Source: a virus. Taken from it: a stretch of 64,000 nucleotides of DNA. Location: IMG/VR virus record IMGVR_UViG_3300009068_000023, one strand, 5' to 3'. Below are positions 9,432-18,310 of this stretch, piece by piece (positions within the stretch are counted from its first letter, which is position 1; each line of letters begins with the position of its first letter). Under the pieces are notes generated by a model. That model searched no databases. It was not told the DNA's origin and saw nothing but the letters and a program-made list of their open reading frames with translations. A program made the translations under genes and the position numbers.

Positions 9432-10787
9432 ATGTATAATCGTGATAAGATTATTGGTATAATGCAAGAGATTTATGAAGGCTCAAAAGAAATAGCACCA
9501 TATGTAATGGTAGCTCAACCAAGAAGAGATCTAAACGAAACAGCAGCACAAAATTTTGATGGCTACGATGGCCTTCATATAGACATGCTAGGTTTCTCGC
9601 ATGGCTTCTGTAATATAGGTGGAGAAAAGGTAGACGTTGCTCGAAACTATCTAATAGAAAGAGCATTAGAGAGTGGCGCAAAGTATCTTTTATTCGTTGG
9701 CGAAGATACTGTTCTCCCGTACGATGCATTTAAGGTCTTACACGAAACAGCAGAAAAGAATCCAGGTACAGTAGTAACAGGCGTCTACTATATCAAATGC
9801 TCCGATGCCATGATTATGGTGCGGAACGGCAACTGGATTACTATCCCTAATGTAGACCCTGGGCAATTAATCACTGCCTGGCAAACAGGTATGGATGTGA
9901 TGCTAGTTCCTATTGATATTTTGAAGAGACTAAAAGAAGAAGATCCTGAACTACCATTCTGCTGTATTGGTAATAACATTAACGATGAGATCCCTTTTGT
10001 AGGCGAGGACAACTTCTTTGTACACAGACTACACAGATTAGGAATTAAACTTCTTGTCAACACCGATGTACAGTGTCTGCATATGGATCTTGCATCAGGC
10101 AACTATACAGCACACCCATCAGTAGATATTAAGAAGTACTATACCAATATTCCTATTGGTAGACCTCTTACTTTAGATGATAAAGACTATATTGACAGAC
10201 GCTGGATTGATAGATTGCCCGAGGGTAGCAACAGCGGCAAAAACAAGTTACAAGCAATTATTGATAGCGGCGAACCTCTCAAGCTTAATATCGGCTCAGG
10301 TCGCGACAAGCTAGAAGGATATATTGGCATTGATAAATATAACAAGATTGCAGACATCAACGAAGATATTTTTGATTTTAAGCTACCTTCAGGCTGTGTG
10401 GATGAGATTTTTGCTTCACACGTGATTGAGCATATACCACAGCATAGAGCTCCAGAGCTGCTAAGTAAGTGGTTAGATGCTTTGAAGCCAGACGGCAAGC
10501 TTATTATGGAGATGCCTGATTTAGAGGGCCTCTGCAAAGCGTTTACTGATGCTAAGACGTTTGAAGAAAGATTTAGTTTAACGTTATGCATTTATGGTGC
10601 TTTTATTGATGAAGAAAAGCCATCAGAAGAGGCGTTGAAGAATGGAGTTAAGTCGCCGCATCTGTTTGGTTACTATCCAAAAGCTTTAACAGATCTTCTA
10701 ACCGAATTAGGATATAAAAACGTTCAAGTTCTACCACCCCAGGGTCAGCATCCGGGTGTTAATTTTAGAATAGAAGCAAACAAATAG
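9432..10787 (+). CDS. GT-A (GT2-like) glycosyltransferase fused to class I SAM methyltransferase
   Basis: N-half: VDVARNYLIE...YLLFVGEDTVLP...GEDNFF. C-half: LNIGSG...IGID...EIFASHVIEH...LKPDGKL. Confidence 0.75.
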   Translation: MYNRDKIIGIMQEIYEGSKEIAPYVMVAQPRRDLNETAAQNFDGYDGLHIDMLGFSHGFCNIGGEKVDVARNYLIERALESGAKYLLFVGEDTVLPYDAFKVLHETAEKNPGTVVTGVYYIKCSDAMIMVRNGNWITIPNVDPGQLITAWQTGMDVMLVPIDILKRLKEEDPELPFCCIGNNINDEIPFVGEDNFFVHRLHRLGIKLLVNTDVQCLHMDLASGNYTAHPSVDIKKYYTNIPIGRPLTLDDKDYIDRRWIDRLPEGSNSGKNKLQAIIDSGEPLKLNIGSGRDKLEGYIGIDKYNKIADINEDIFDFKLPSGCVDEIFASHVIEHIPQHRAPELLSKWLDALKPDGKLIMEMPDLEGLCKAFTDAKTFEERFSLTLCIYGAFIDEEKPSEEALKNGVKSPHLFGYYPKALTDLLTELGYKNVQVLPPQGQHPGVNFRIEANK

Positions 10788-10795
10788 GAGTAAAA

Positions 10796-11236
10796 ATGAC
10801 TTGTGAAATTTCTTTAGAAGGGCTCTTGACAGTTGGTGGAAACGAAGAAAGAGCACTCGCTGATATTAGAGTAACATTTGACGATAAAGTCTACGACTGG
10901 AAGATTTTTATCCCTCCTGGTGCAAATCTTAACGAGTTCTTAGAGAGCTCAAAAGACAAGATTGTAGCAGAAATAGAAGCCAAAGAAGCCGAATGGGAAG
11001 CATTAGATCCAAAGACAAGAACTTTGCAATCACCATTTGGTGAAGACATGGTTATAGATATCAACAAGGATGAAATTGTTAGACCATCTATTCCTGACTA
11101 CTACGCACAAAGAAGAAATGAGTACCCATCGTTGAGCGAGCAGTTGGGTGCAATTTGGAAGGGTGAAAAAACTGAAGAATTCGCTGCTATGAAACAAAAA
11201 ATTCTAGATGTAAAAGCCAAGTATCCAAAGGTATAA
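10796..11236 (+). CDS. Tail fibre assembly/chaperone-like protein
   Basis: C-terminal YAQRRNEYPSLSEQL...VKAKYPK motif typical of phage fibre-associated proteins. Confidence 0.6.
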   Translation: MTCEISLEGLLTVGGNEERALADIRVTFDDKVYDWKIFIPPGANLNEFLESSKDKIVAEIEAKEAEWEALDPKTRTLQSPFGEDMVIDINKDEIVRPSIPDYYAQRRNEYPSLSEQLGAIWKGEKTEEFAAMKQKILDVKAKYPKV

Positions 11237-11239
11237 TCC

Positions 11240-12409
11240 ATGACCAGAAGTAGAACACTTTCAACGTTTTCAGGCTTAACAACTTTAACAGCGGGTGCTA
11301 GTAATCTTGCATATGGCAGTGCTACTGTTAATACCTTTATTAACGCCACTTCTATTTCTATTAGCAACTCTACCGCTAATACTACGATTAATACATCATC
11401 GTTTGTTGTAGGTAATACTATCGTTAATTCAGTAATTAACGCAACAAGTATTGCTATTAGAAATAGTACGTCGAATAGTGTAATTAATGCTTCTGCTTTA
11501 GTAATAGGAAATAGTACAGTAAATACTTCTATTAGTGTTGCAAATATTTCAATAGGCAATACTACTGTTAATACTCAGATAAATTCTAGTGCCATATTCG
11601 TAGGTAATACTGTATTAGTAAACAGCACTACAGTTTTTGTAGGAATTCCTTCTAGTTTTGCATATGCAAACAGTACTACTGCGGGAGTCAACTACTTCGG
11701 TACCTCATCTTTTATTAATTCAACAAGTCTAGTTATCGCTGGTACACTTAGAGCAAATACTACGCATATTATTCCAGGTGCGATCTATGCAAACAACTCT
11801 AATGGATCTTCAGGACAAATACTTACATCAAATGGTACAGGTATTTACTGGAGTACAGTAAGTAGTGGTGGTGGAGGAAGTACACTGGCTATAGGAAATC
11901 TAGTATATATGATGTGGTTTAAAAGTTCTGCATCAACGTACTACTTAGCACGAGGCTGGGTATATAAAAACAATAAAGCAACGAACCCCTCTTCTAGTAC
12001 TATGTACTTTAGACTTTATGATTTCTATACTACTTCTTCTATTAATCCGTCATTTACAACAGTTGCTTCTGCTCCTATAAGTAGTTGGTCTTCTTCAGGT
12101 TCGAGCTCGAGTTATTCTATGTTGTCGGGTAACGTTAATAGTCAACAACTATACGGTTTAGAGTTTTATAGCGGGTATAATTATGCAGGCAGTGAGTCTA
12201 TAATGCCTGCCAGTGTTACTGGACCAACAGGAGCCACCACACTAAAGTATTCGTCAGGAGGGCTCTCCAGCCATTCAAGCTCAGTAGCAGGCTTTAATAC
12301 TCCATCGACTGATTTTACCTGGGGATATACACCTAACAACTATATTACTACTACTTATGTATTAGATGGTACTCAAGACTCTAAGATTGCTACTTTTAAT
12401 TACCCCTAA
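11240..12409 (+). CDS. Tail-fibre-like protein (paralogue 1)
   Basis: Asn/Ser/Thr-rich repetitive shaft, GQILTSNGTGIYW hinge, C-terminal domain shared with 12418-13539. Confidence 0.65.
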   Translation: MTRSRTLSTFSGLTTLTAGASNLAYGSATVNTFINATSISISNSTANTTINTSSFVVGNTIVNSVINATSIAIRNSTSNSVINASALVIGNSTVNTSISVANISIGNTTVNTQINSSAIFVGNTVLVNSTTVFVGIPSSFAYANSTTAGVNYFGTSSFINSTSLVIAGTLRANTTHIIPGAIYANNSNGSSGQILTSNGTGIYWSTVSSGGGGSTLAIGNLVYMMWFKSSASTYYLARGWVYKNNKATNPSSSTMYFRLYDFYTTSSINPSFTTVASAPISSWSSSGSSSSYSMLSGNVNSQQLYGLEFYSGYNYAGSESIMPASVTGPTGATTLKYSSGGLSSHSSSVAGFNTPSTDFTWGYTPNNYITTTYVLDGTQDSKIATFNYP

Positions 12410-12417
12410 ACTAAATT

Positions 12418-13539
12418 ATGACAAAAAGTAGATCAGTATCTAGTGTTTTATCAAATCCAGCTTCTGCAGCTATCTTAACAGACGCAGTATCTAATACCTC
12501 TATAAATTCTATATCTATTAGTATAGGTAATACTGCAACAAACACTACTATTAATAATTTTTCTATTAGTTTAGGGGCAGATCTAGTTATAAACAATACC
12601 TCTATGTCTGTTGGGAGCAACACAAGAGTAAATACATCTACTCTTGAGTATAGCGGGGTTACTAACACTACCGTAAATTCTACATCTTTAACATCTGGCA
12701 ATGTTATTCTTTTATCCGACAGTATCAGTCTAGGTTTAGTTAATACCTATTCTAATTCTTTTTCAATAGGAAACAGTTCATCTAATACATTATTTTATGG
12801 AGATTTTTTACCCTCTATTATCCCCAGTACTTACAGTGCCGGACGCGGAAATGAAAATACATCGTTAAGTTCTAGTTATCTTCGATTTAATAGCGTTTTT
12901 GGAACCTCTTTTAGTACTCGAATAGCAACACAAAACATCTTTGCAAACGGATCTAGTGGAACAGCCGGCCAAGTTTTATATTCAAACGGAACGGGTGTAT
13001 ATTGGGATTTACGTCCAGGAAATTTATCCATAGGCAATTTAGTATATGTTATGTTTTTTAATGAACCGTCATACTATATGGCTAGAGGGTGGGCATATAA
13101 AAGTGGTAAAACCTCTAATATAGCTACAATTTACATTAAATTTTTTGATTATTATAGTACTTCATCAATTAGCCCCAATTGGGGTTCGGTAGGTACAGCA
13201 AATACAAATAGTGCATGGACATTATTAGGTTCATCTTCATCTGTTAGTGCGTTTGCTACTTCAGTATCTAACAAACAACTTTATGGTTTAGATTTTTATA
13301 GTGGGTATAATTATGCAGGAAGTACTAGTATAATGCCTGCATCCCCTAGTTCAGCTTCCGGTGCAATTACACTAAAATATCCTTCTGGGGGACTAGCAGC
13401 TTATACTGTATTACCCCAATATGGCAACTACCCTTCAACAGATAGTACTTGGGGGTATGTACCCAGCAACTATATTACCTTTTCTTATTCATTAGATGGA
13501 ACTCTAGATAGTAGAATTTCTACTTTTAACTACCCTTAA
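12418..13539 (+). CDS. Tail-fibre-like protein (paralogue 2)
   Basis: Same architecture; shared IGNLVY..ARGW..FYSGYNYAGS..TFNYP domain. Confidence 0.65.
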   Translation: MTKSRSVSSVLSNPASAAILTDAVSNTSINSISISIGNTATNTTINNFSISLGADLVINNTSMSVGSNTRVNTSTLEYSGVTNTTVNSTSLTSGNVILLSDSISLGLVNTYSNSFSIGNSSSNTLFYGDFLPSIIPSTYSAGRGNENTSLSSSYLRFNSVFGTSFSTRIATQNIFANGSSGTAGQVLYSNGTGVYWDLRPGNLSIGNLVYVMFFNEPSYYMARGWAYKSGKTSNIATIYIKFFDYYSTSSISPNWGSVGTANTNSAWTLLGSSSSVSAFATSVSNKQLYGLDFYSGYNYAGSTSIMPASPSSASGAITLKYPSGGLAAYTVLPQYGNYPSTDSTWGYVPSNYITFSYSLDGTLDSRISTFNYP

Positions 13540-13550
13540 TAAATACTATT

Positions 13551-13940
13551 ATGACAAAACTAGACACTCTCATAGAACAAAATCCAGATCTGGAGCTATT
13601 TCCTGATCCTGATAATATCGATCTTACAACTAAAAAGGTTATATTATTGGATGAGCCTATAGTACAGAATGAAAGAATTGAGTGGGCCACTCTAGAAGAT
13701 CTTACAGAAGAAGATATACAGCTAAGGTTAACTGACCTAAAAAGAATTGCATATCAGAGAAGAGCTTATCTTTTCTCACTGTTAAGCTGGCGTTATGAGA
13801 GACACAGCAGAGAAGTAAGATTGGATATTCCTACCACGGACAACTTAGATGACCTAGATAATTATGCACAAGCATTAGCAGACATCTCAAAGCAACCAGA
13901 TTACCCGTATACCATTACATGGCCTCAAGAGTTAAACTAA
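13551..13940 (+). CDS. Phage tail fibre assembly chaperone
   Basis: YAQALADISKQPDYPYTITWP motif; AATAAATA late-promoter variant at 13538-13545. Confidence 0.65.
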   Translation: MTKLDTLIEQNPDLELFPDPDNIDLTTKKVILLDEPIVQNERIEWATLEDLTEEDIQLRLTDLKRIAYQRRAYLFSLLSWRYERHSREVRLDIPTTDNLDDLDNYAQALADISKQPDYPYTITWPQELN

Positions 13941-13950
13941 AGGAATAAAC

Positions 13951-14694
13951 ATGGCTATCCCAACTTCAAGAAATGAATTTAAAGAATACTGCCTTAGAAA
14001 GTTAGGTAAGCCAGTCCTTGAGATTAACGTAGATGATGATCAGATTGATGATCGAGTAGACGAATCCCTTAAGTATTATTATGATTATCATTTTGATGGA
14101 TCGGAAAAAATTTACTATAAGCACCTTATTACCGAACAAGATAAGGTTAACAAGTATATTACCCTGCCGGAAAACATTATAGGAGCAGTAAGAATATTTC
14201 CTATTGGTGATCCGGTAGTTGGCCATCAAGACTTATTCAATATCAGATATCAGATTGCTCTTAATGATTTGTATACTCTTACATCAGTAAGTTTAATACC
14301 TTTCTATATGACAATGCAGCATTTGGCACTTATACAGCAAATCATCGTTGGACAAAAGCCTATTAGATATAACCGTCATACTAACAGATTATATGTTGAT
14401 ATGGATTGGAACGTCCATACCGGCGTTACTTACCTTTTAGTTGAAGCATATATGGTAGTAGACCCAGCTGTGTTTACTGATGCCTGGGGTGACCGATGGC
14501 TGCAAGAATACTGCACAGCAAAAATTAAGTATCAATGGGGTACTAATCTAACTAAGTTTACTGGCTTAGAACTACCTGGTGGCGTTAAGTTTAATGGTGA
14601 AAAAATATTAGATGATGCCAAGCAGGAAATAGATAAGTTAGAACAAGAAATGATTTCTAGCTACTCGTTGCCAGTGATGGATATGATTGGGTAA
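13951..14694 (+). CDS. gp13: Neck protein
   Basis: PTSRNEFKEYCLRKLGKPVLEINV...KYQWGTNLTKF; position in the T4 gene order. Confidence 0.92.
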   Translation: MAIPTSRNEFKEYCLRKLGKPVLEINVDDDQIDDRVDESLKYYYDYHFDGSEKIYYKHLITEQDKVNKYITLPENIIGAVRIFPIGDPVVGHQDLFNIRYQIALNDLYTLTSVSLIPFYMTMQHLALIQQIIVGQKPIRYNRHTNRLYVDMDWNVHTGVTYLLVEAYMVVDPAVFTDAWGDRWLQEYCTAKIKYQWGTNLTKFTGLELPGGVKFNGEKILDDAKQEIDKLEQEMISSYSLPVMDMIG

Positions 14695-15420
14695 TGGCAA
14701 CCAATTTTTACTTTAATAATTTTAAAAGTAGCCAAGAGCAGCTTTTAATTGAAAACTTGATTGTAGAAGCTATTAAGATCTACGGTCATGAACTTTATTA
14801 TTTGCCTAGAACAAGAGACGCATACGATCCTATTTACGGTGAGAGTCCTTTAAGCTCCTTTAATAATGCCTACATGCTTGAAATGTATATTAAGAATGTT
14901 GAGGGATTTGCAGGAGAAGGAGACTTCTTATCTAAGTTCAATCTAGAGATAAGAGATCGAGTTACATTTACTATGGCTCGAAGAATATTTAATGATGAGG
15001 TAGGAAGTATAGAAGCCATAGTTACCAAGAGAAGGCGACCTTATATTCTTCCCTTTAAACAATAAGATATTTGAAATTAAGTTTGTCGAACACGAAGCTA
15101 TTTTCTATCAACTAGGCTCACTACAAACATTCGATATACAATGTGAACTGTTTGAATATAGCAACGAGATATTTAATACTGGTTTATTAGATGTTGATAA
15201 TCTATATGACAACTATAGACTTGACGTTAATGCGTACTCTATTAAGTATCAAATAGGTGCAGATTATGGCTTCCTAACAGATGAGTCTGGCTTTAATTTA
15301 ATTACAGAAGGTGAAGATATTGGTGACCTAATAGTAGATAATACGTCTACTATACAAAATGAAGCTTTAGAGTTTATTGACTTTACTAACATTGACCCGT
15401 TTAGTGAAGGCAATCTATAA
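14694..15420 (+). CDS. gp14: Neck protein, frameshifted near 15024 in this sequence
   Basis: N-half in ORF 14694-15065; the conserved PREGDLIFFP...FEIKFVEHE...ELFEYS...DPFSE half is open in another frame from 15025 to TAA 15418-15420. Confidence 0.88.
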
Positions 15421-16235
15421 TGTTCGGACAGACCTTTTATCATAAGACACTCAGAAAGTACGTAACGTACTTTGGCACACTTTTTAACGACATTTACATT
15501 AACAGAGTAAATGCAAGCAATACAAGCATACAGACACTTCGTGTACCTATCACCTACGCACCTCGCGATAAAGCTCTAGCAAGAGTGGATGCCGAACCAA
15601 ACCTCAATAGACCTGCTGCGGTTATTCTACCGGTAATGTCATTTGAGATGACTGGACTATCTTATGCTGCAAGTAGAAAGCTTGCTACAATCAATAAGAG
15701 TAGAATTACTAAAGTCGAAACTAATGATGACAATTATCTAAAGTATGCGTACAATCCAGTACCATATGATATTGACTTCACTTTAAATATCATGGTAAAG
15801 AATGCAGAAGACGGCACAAGAATTCTAGAACAAATTCTGCCGTTCTTTACTCCTGAATGGACCGCAACTTTAAATCTTATTCCAGAGTTAGATTTTAAAT
15901 TAGACATACCTGTTATCATAAAGAACATTACATCTTCAGACACGTATGATACTAATTATGAAGAAAGAAGAGTTCTTACCTGGACCATAAACTTTACTAT
16001 GCTAGGGTATCTATTTGGCCCAGTCAAGAAGTCTAATGTTATTACTCTTGCAAATACTAATTTCTACGAAAAATTTAATACTAATACTGTTGCTGAGAGT
16101 ATTACTATATACCCAGGTATGTTGGCTAATGGACAACCAACAACTAATGCATCGCTAACGGTAGATAGAAGTGACATTCTACCTGATGATGATTGGGACT
16201 ATATTATTATAAAGAAGAGCATAGATGAAAACTGA
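15420..16235 (+). CDS. gp15: Tail sheath stabilizer/terminator
   Basis: FYHKTLRKYVTYFGTLFNDI...PVPYDIDF...EQILPFFTP. Confidence 0.92.
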   Translation: MFGQTFYHKTLRKYVTYFGTLFNDIYINRVNASNTSIQTLRVPITYAPRDKALARVDAEPNLNRPAAVILPVMSFEMTGLSYAASRKLATINKSRITKVETNDDNYLKYAYNPVPYDIDFTLNIMVKNAEDGTRILEQILPFFTPEWTATLNLIPELDFKLDIPVIIKNITSSDTYDTNYEERRVLTWTINFTMLGYLFGPVKKSNVITLANTNFYEKFNTNTVAESITIYPGMLANGQPTTNASLTVDRSDILPDDDWDYIIIKKSIDEN

Positions 16236-16605
16236 TACTATTTCTGACGCATTAGGCCTCCCGCCTCTTGAAAAAGAAATACAAGTTATTAAAAAGCAGC
16301 CCGATTACGAATATGATTTTGAATATGCAAGAGGCAATCTTCTTAATATTATAGAGAAGGGCGCAGAGGCTCTAGATGGTATTTTAGATGTTGCCGGGCA
16401 ATCCCAACATCCTAGAAGCTATGAAGTCGCAGCTAATCTTATTAAAACTATGTCAGAGGTTAATAAGGATCTTTTGGAGCTTTCAAAACGAAAGCAAGAG
16501 CTATCTGGAGAAGCTGGCAATGCAAAGACTATCAACAATAATCTATTTGTTGGCAGCACAGCCGAGCTTCAAAAATTTTTAAAAGATCAAAATGAGCAAC
16601 ACTGA
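16225..16605 (+). CDS. gp16: Terminase small subunit
   Basis: DFEYARGNL...HPRSYEVA...NNNLFVGSTAELQKFLK. Confidence 0.92.
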   Translation: MKTDTISDALGLPPLEKEIQVIKKQPDYEYDFEYARGNLLNIIEKGAEALDGILDVAGQSQHPRSYEVAANLIKTMSEVNKDLLELSKRKQELSGEAGNAKTINNNLFVGSTAELQKFLKDQNEQH

Positions 16606-18235
16606 GTATTATCTTGGTAATAGAAACCTCAAACGTAGTTATGTAGAGATTGAATGGACAAAGGACAACGTCCAGGAATACATAAAGTGTTCAAGAGATC
16701 CAGTATACTTTATTGAAAATTACGTAAAGATAGTACACGTAGACAAAGGCTTAATACCTTTTCAACCTTACGACTATCAAAAAGATATTATAGAGCTTTC
16801 AGATAAAGAAAGATTTGTAATATGTAAGATGCCTAGACAGGTCGGTAAAACTACCGTAGTTGTAGGTATTATTCTGCATCGTGTACTGTTTTACGAAAAC
16901 TATTCAGTAGCTATACTTGCCCACAAAGAAAAACAAGCACGGGAAATTCTAAGTAGAATTCAACTTGCTTATGAACACATGCCTAGATGGATGCAACAAG
17001 GTATAGTAGAATGGAACAAAGGTAATGTAGAGTTAGAAAATGGCTCTAAGATACAAGCTAGTTCTACTGCATCATCAGCCATTAGAGGTACATCACAAAA
17101 CTTAGTTTACCTAGATGAGTTTGCTTTCGTACCCAACAACATTCAAGAGTCGTTCTTTGCTTCTGTATACCCTACCATTTCTTCTGGCGCTACTACAAAA
17201 GTATTAATTACGTCTACTCCTAATGGTCTTAACTTATTCTATAAGATATGGGCTGATAGTGAGAATGAAAGAAATGATTATAAGCGGATTGACGTTCATT
17301 GGAGTGAAGTGCCAGGAAGAGATGAAGCCTGGAAGCAACAAACAATTAACAACACATCCGAGGAACAATTTAGGCAGGAGTTTGAGTGTGAGTTCCTAGG
17401 TTCATCATCAACCCTAATTGCAGGTGCAAAGCTTAGAACTTTAGTTTATCAGACACCTGTAAAGTCTGACGAGCATTTAAAGATATTTAAGTACCCAGAA
17501 AAGGATAGAATTTATACTATAGCAGTCGATACTGCGCGTGGACGTGAAGGGGACTATTCTGCCTTTAAAGTGTTCGATGTTACTGAGTTTCCTTATGTGG
17601 ATGTTGCTTCATATCGTAATAAGGAAATAGATCCATTAGTATATCCATCTGTCGTTTATAATCTAGCAAACTATTATAATAAAGCTTTAATTTTAGTAGA
17701 AATAAATGATGTAGGACAACAGGTAGCCGATATTCTTCAGCATGATTTAGAGTATGATAATTTAATTTTTAGTTATTCCTCACCCCTTAAAGGTGCAGTA
17801 GTATCAGCTGGATTCTCTGGCTCTTCTCATGCAGGTGTAAGAACTACTAAATTAACTAAGAAGATTGGCTGCTCTAATTTAAAATCAATGATTGAAAGTG
17901 ACAAACTTATAATTAATGATTTTGATACTATACAAGAGCTGTACAGATTTGTAAGTAATGGTACTTCGTTTGAAGCAGAAGAAGGTAACGATGACTTAGT
18001 GATGTGTTGTGTTATTTTTGCATGGTTAACAGATCAACAGTACTTTAAAGACTATGCAAACAATAATTTTAGACGTAACTTGTATGAAAATAGTATTCAA
18101 CGAATTGAGGACGAACTATTGCCTTTTGGTGTTATTGACGATAAGCAACCTATTCAAGTAGGAGATTTTGGTAAGGTTCAGATAGAAAATTTGGATGAAT
18201 CAAGAATATCTTTCAATAAGTGGATGATGACTTAA
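16592..18235 (+). CDS. gp17: Terminase large subunit
   Basis: PRQVGKTT Walker A, YLDEFAF Walker B, STPNG, DDLVM nuclease motif. Confidence 0.96.
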   Translation: MSNTEYYLGNRNLKRSYVEIEWTKDNVQEYIKCSRDPVYFIENYVKIVHVDKGLIPFQPYDYQKDIIELSDKERFVICKMPRQVGKTTVVVGIILHRVLFYENYSVAILAHKEKQAREILSRIQLAYEHMPRWMQQGIVEWNKGNVELENGSKIQASSTASSAIRGTSQNLVYLDEFAFVPNNIQESFFASVYPTISSGATTKVLITSTPNGLNLFYKIWADSENERNDYKRIDVHWSEVPGRDEAWKQQTINNTSEEQFRQEFECEFLGSSSTLIAGAKLRTLVYQTPVKSDEHLKIFKYPEKDRIYTIAVDTARGREGDYSAFKVFDVTEFPYVDVASYRNKEIDPLVYPSVVYNLANYYNKALILVEINDVGQQVADILQHDLEYDNLIFSYSSPLKGAVVSAGFSGSSHAGVRTTKLTKKIGCSNLKSMIESDKLIINDFDTIQELYRFVSNGTSFEAEEGNDDLVMCCVIFAWLTDQQYFKDYANNNFRRNLYENSIQRIEDELLPFGVIDDKQPIQVGDFGKVQIENLDESRISFNKWMMT

Positions 18236-18249
18236 TAGGTTTGAAAATT

Positions 18250-18289
18250 TATAAATAAAAATAATCAGTTATACTTCTTGTCATAAATA
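18250..18289 (+). promoter_or_regulatory. Tandem late promoters for gp18
   Basis: TATAAATA at 18250-18257 and CATAAATA at 18282-18289. Confidence 0.75.
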
Positions 18290-18310
18290 ACCTTTTGAAG
18301 GAGACACAAA

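Noticed and set aside
15015-15030. Programmed ribosomal frameshift in gp14
   Set aside because: No slippery sequence or stimulatory structure seen; an indel error is more parsimonious.
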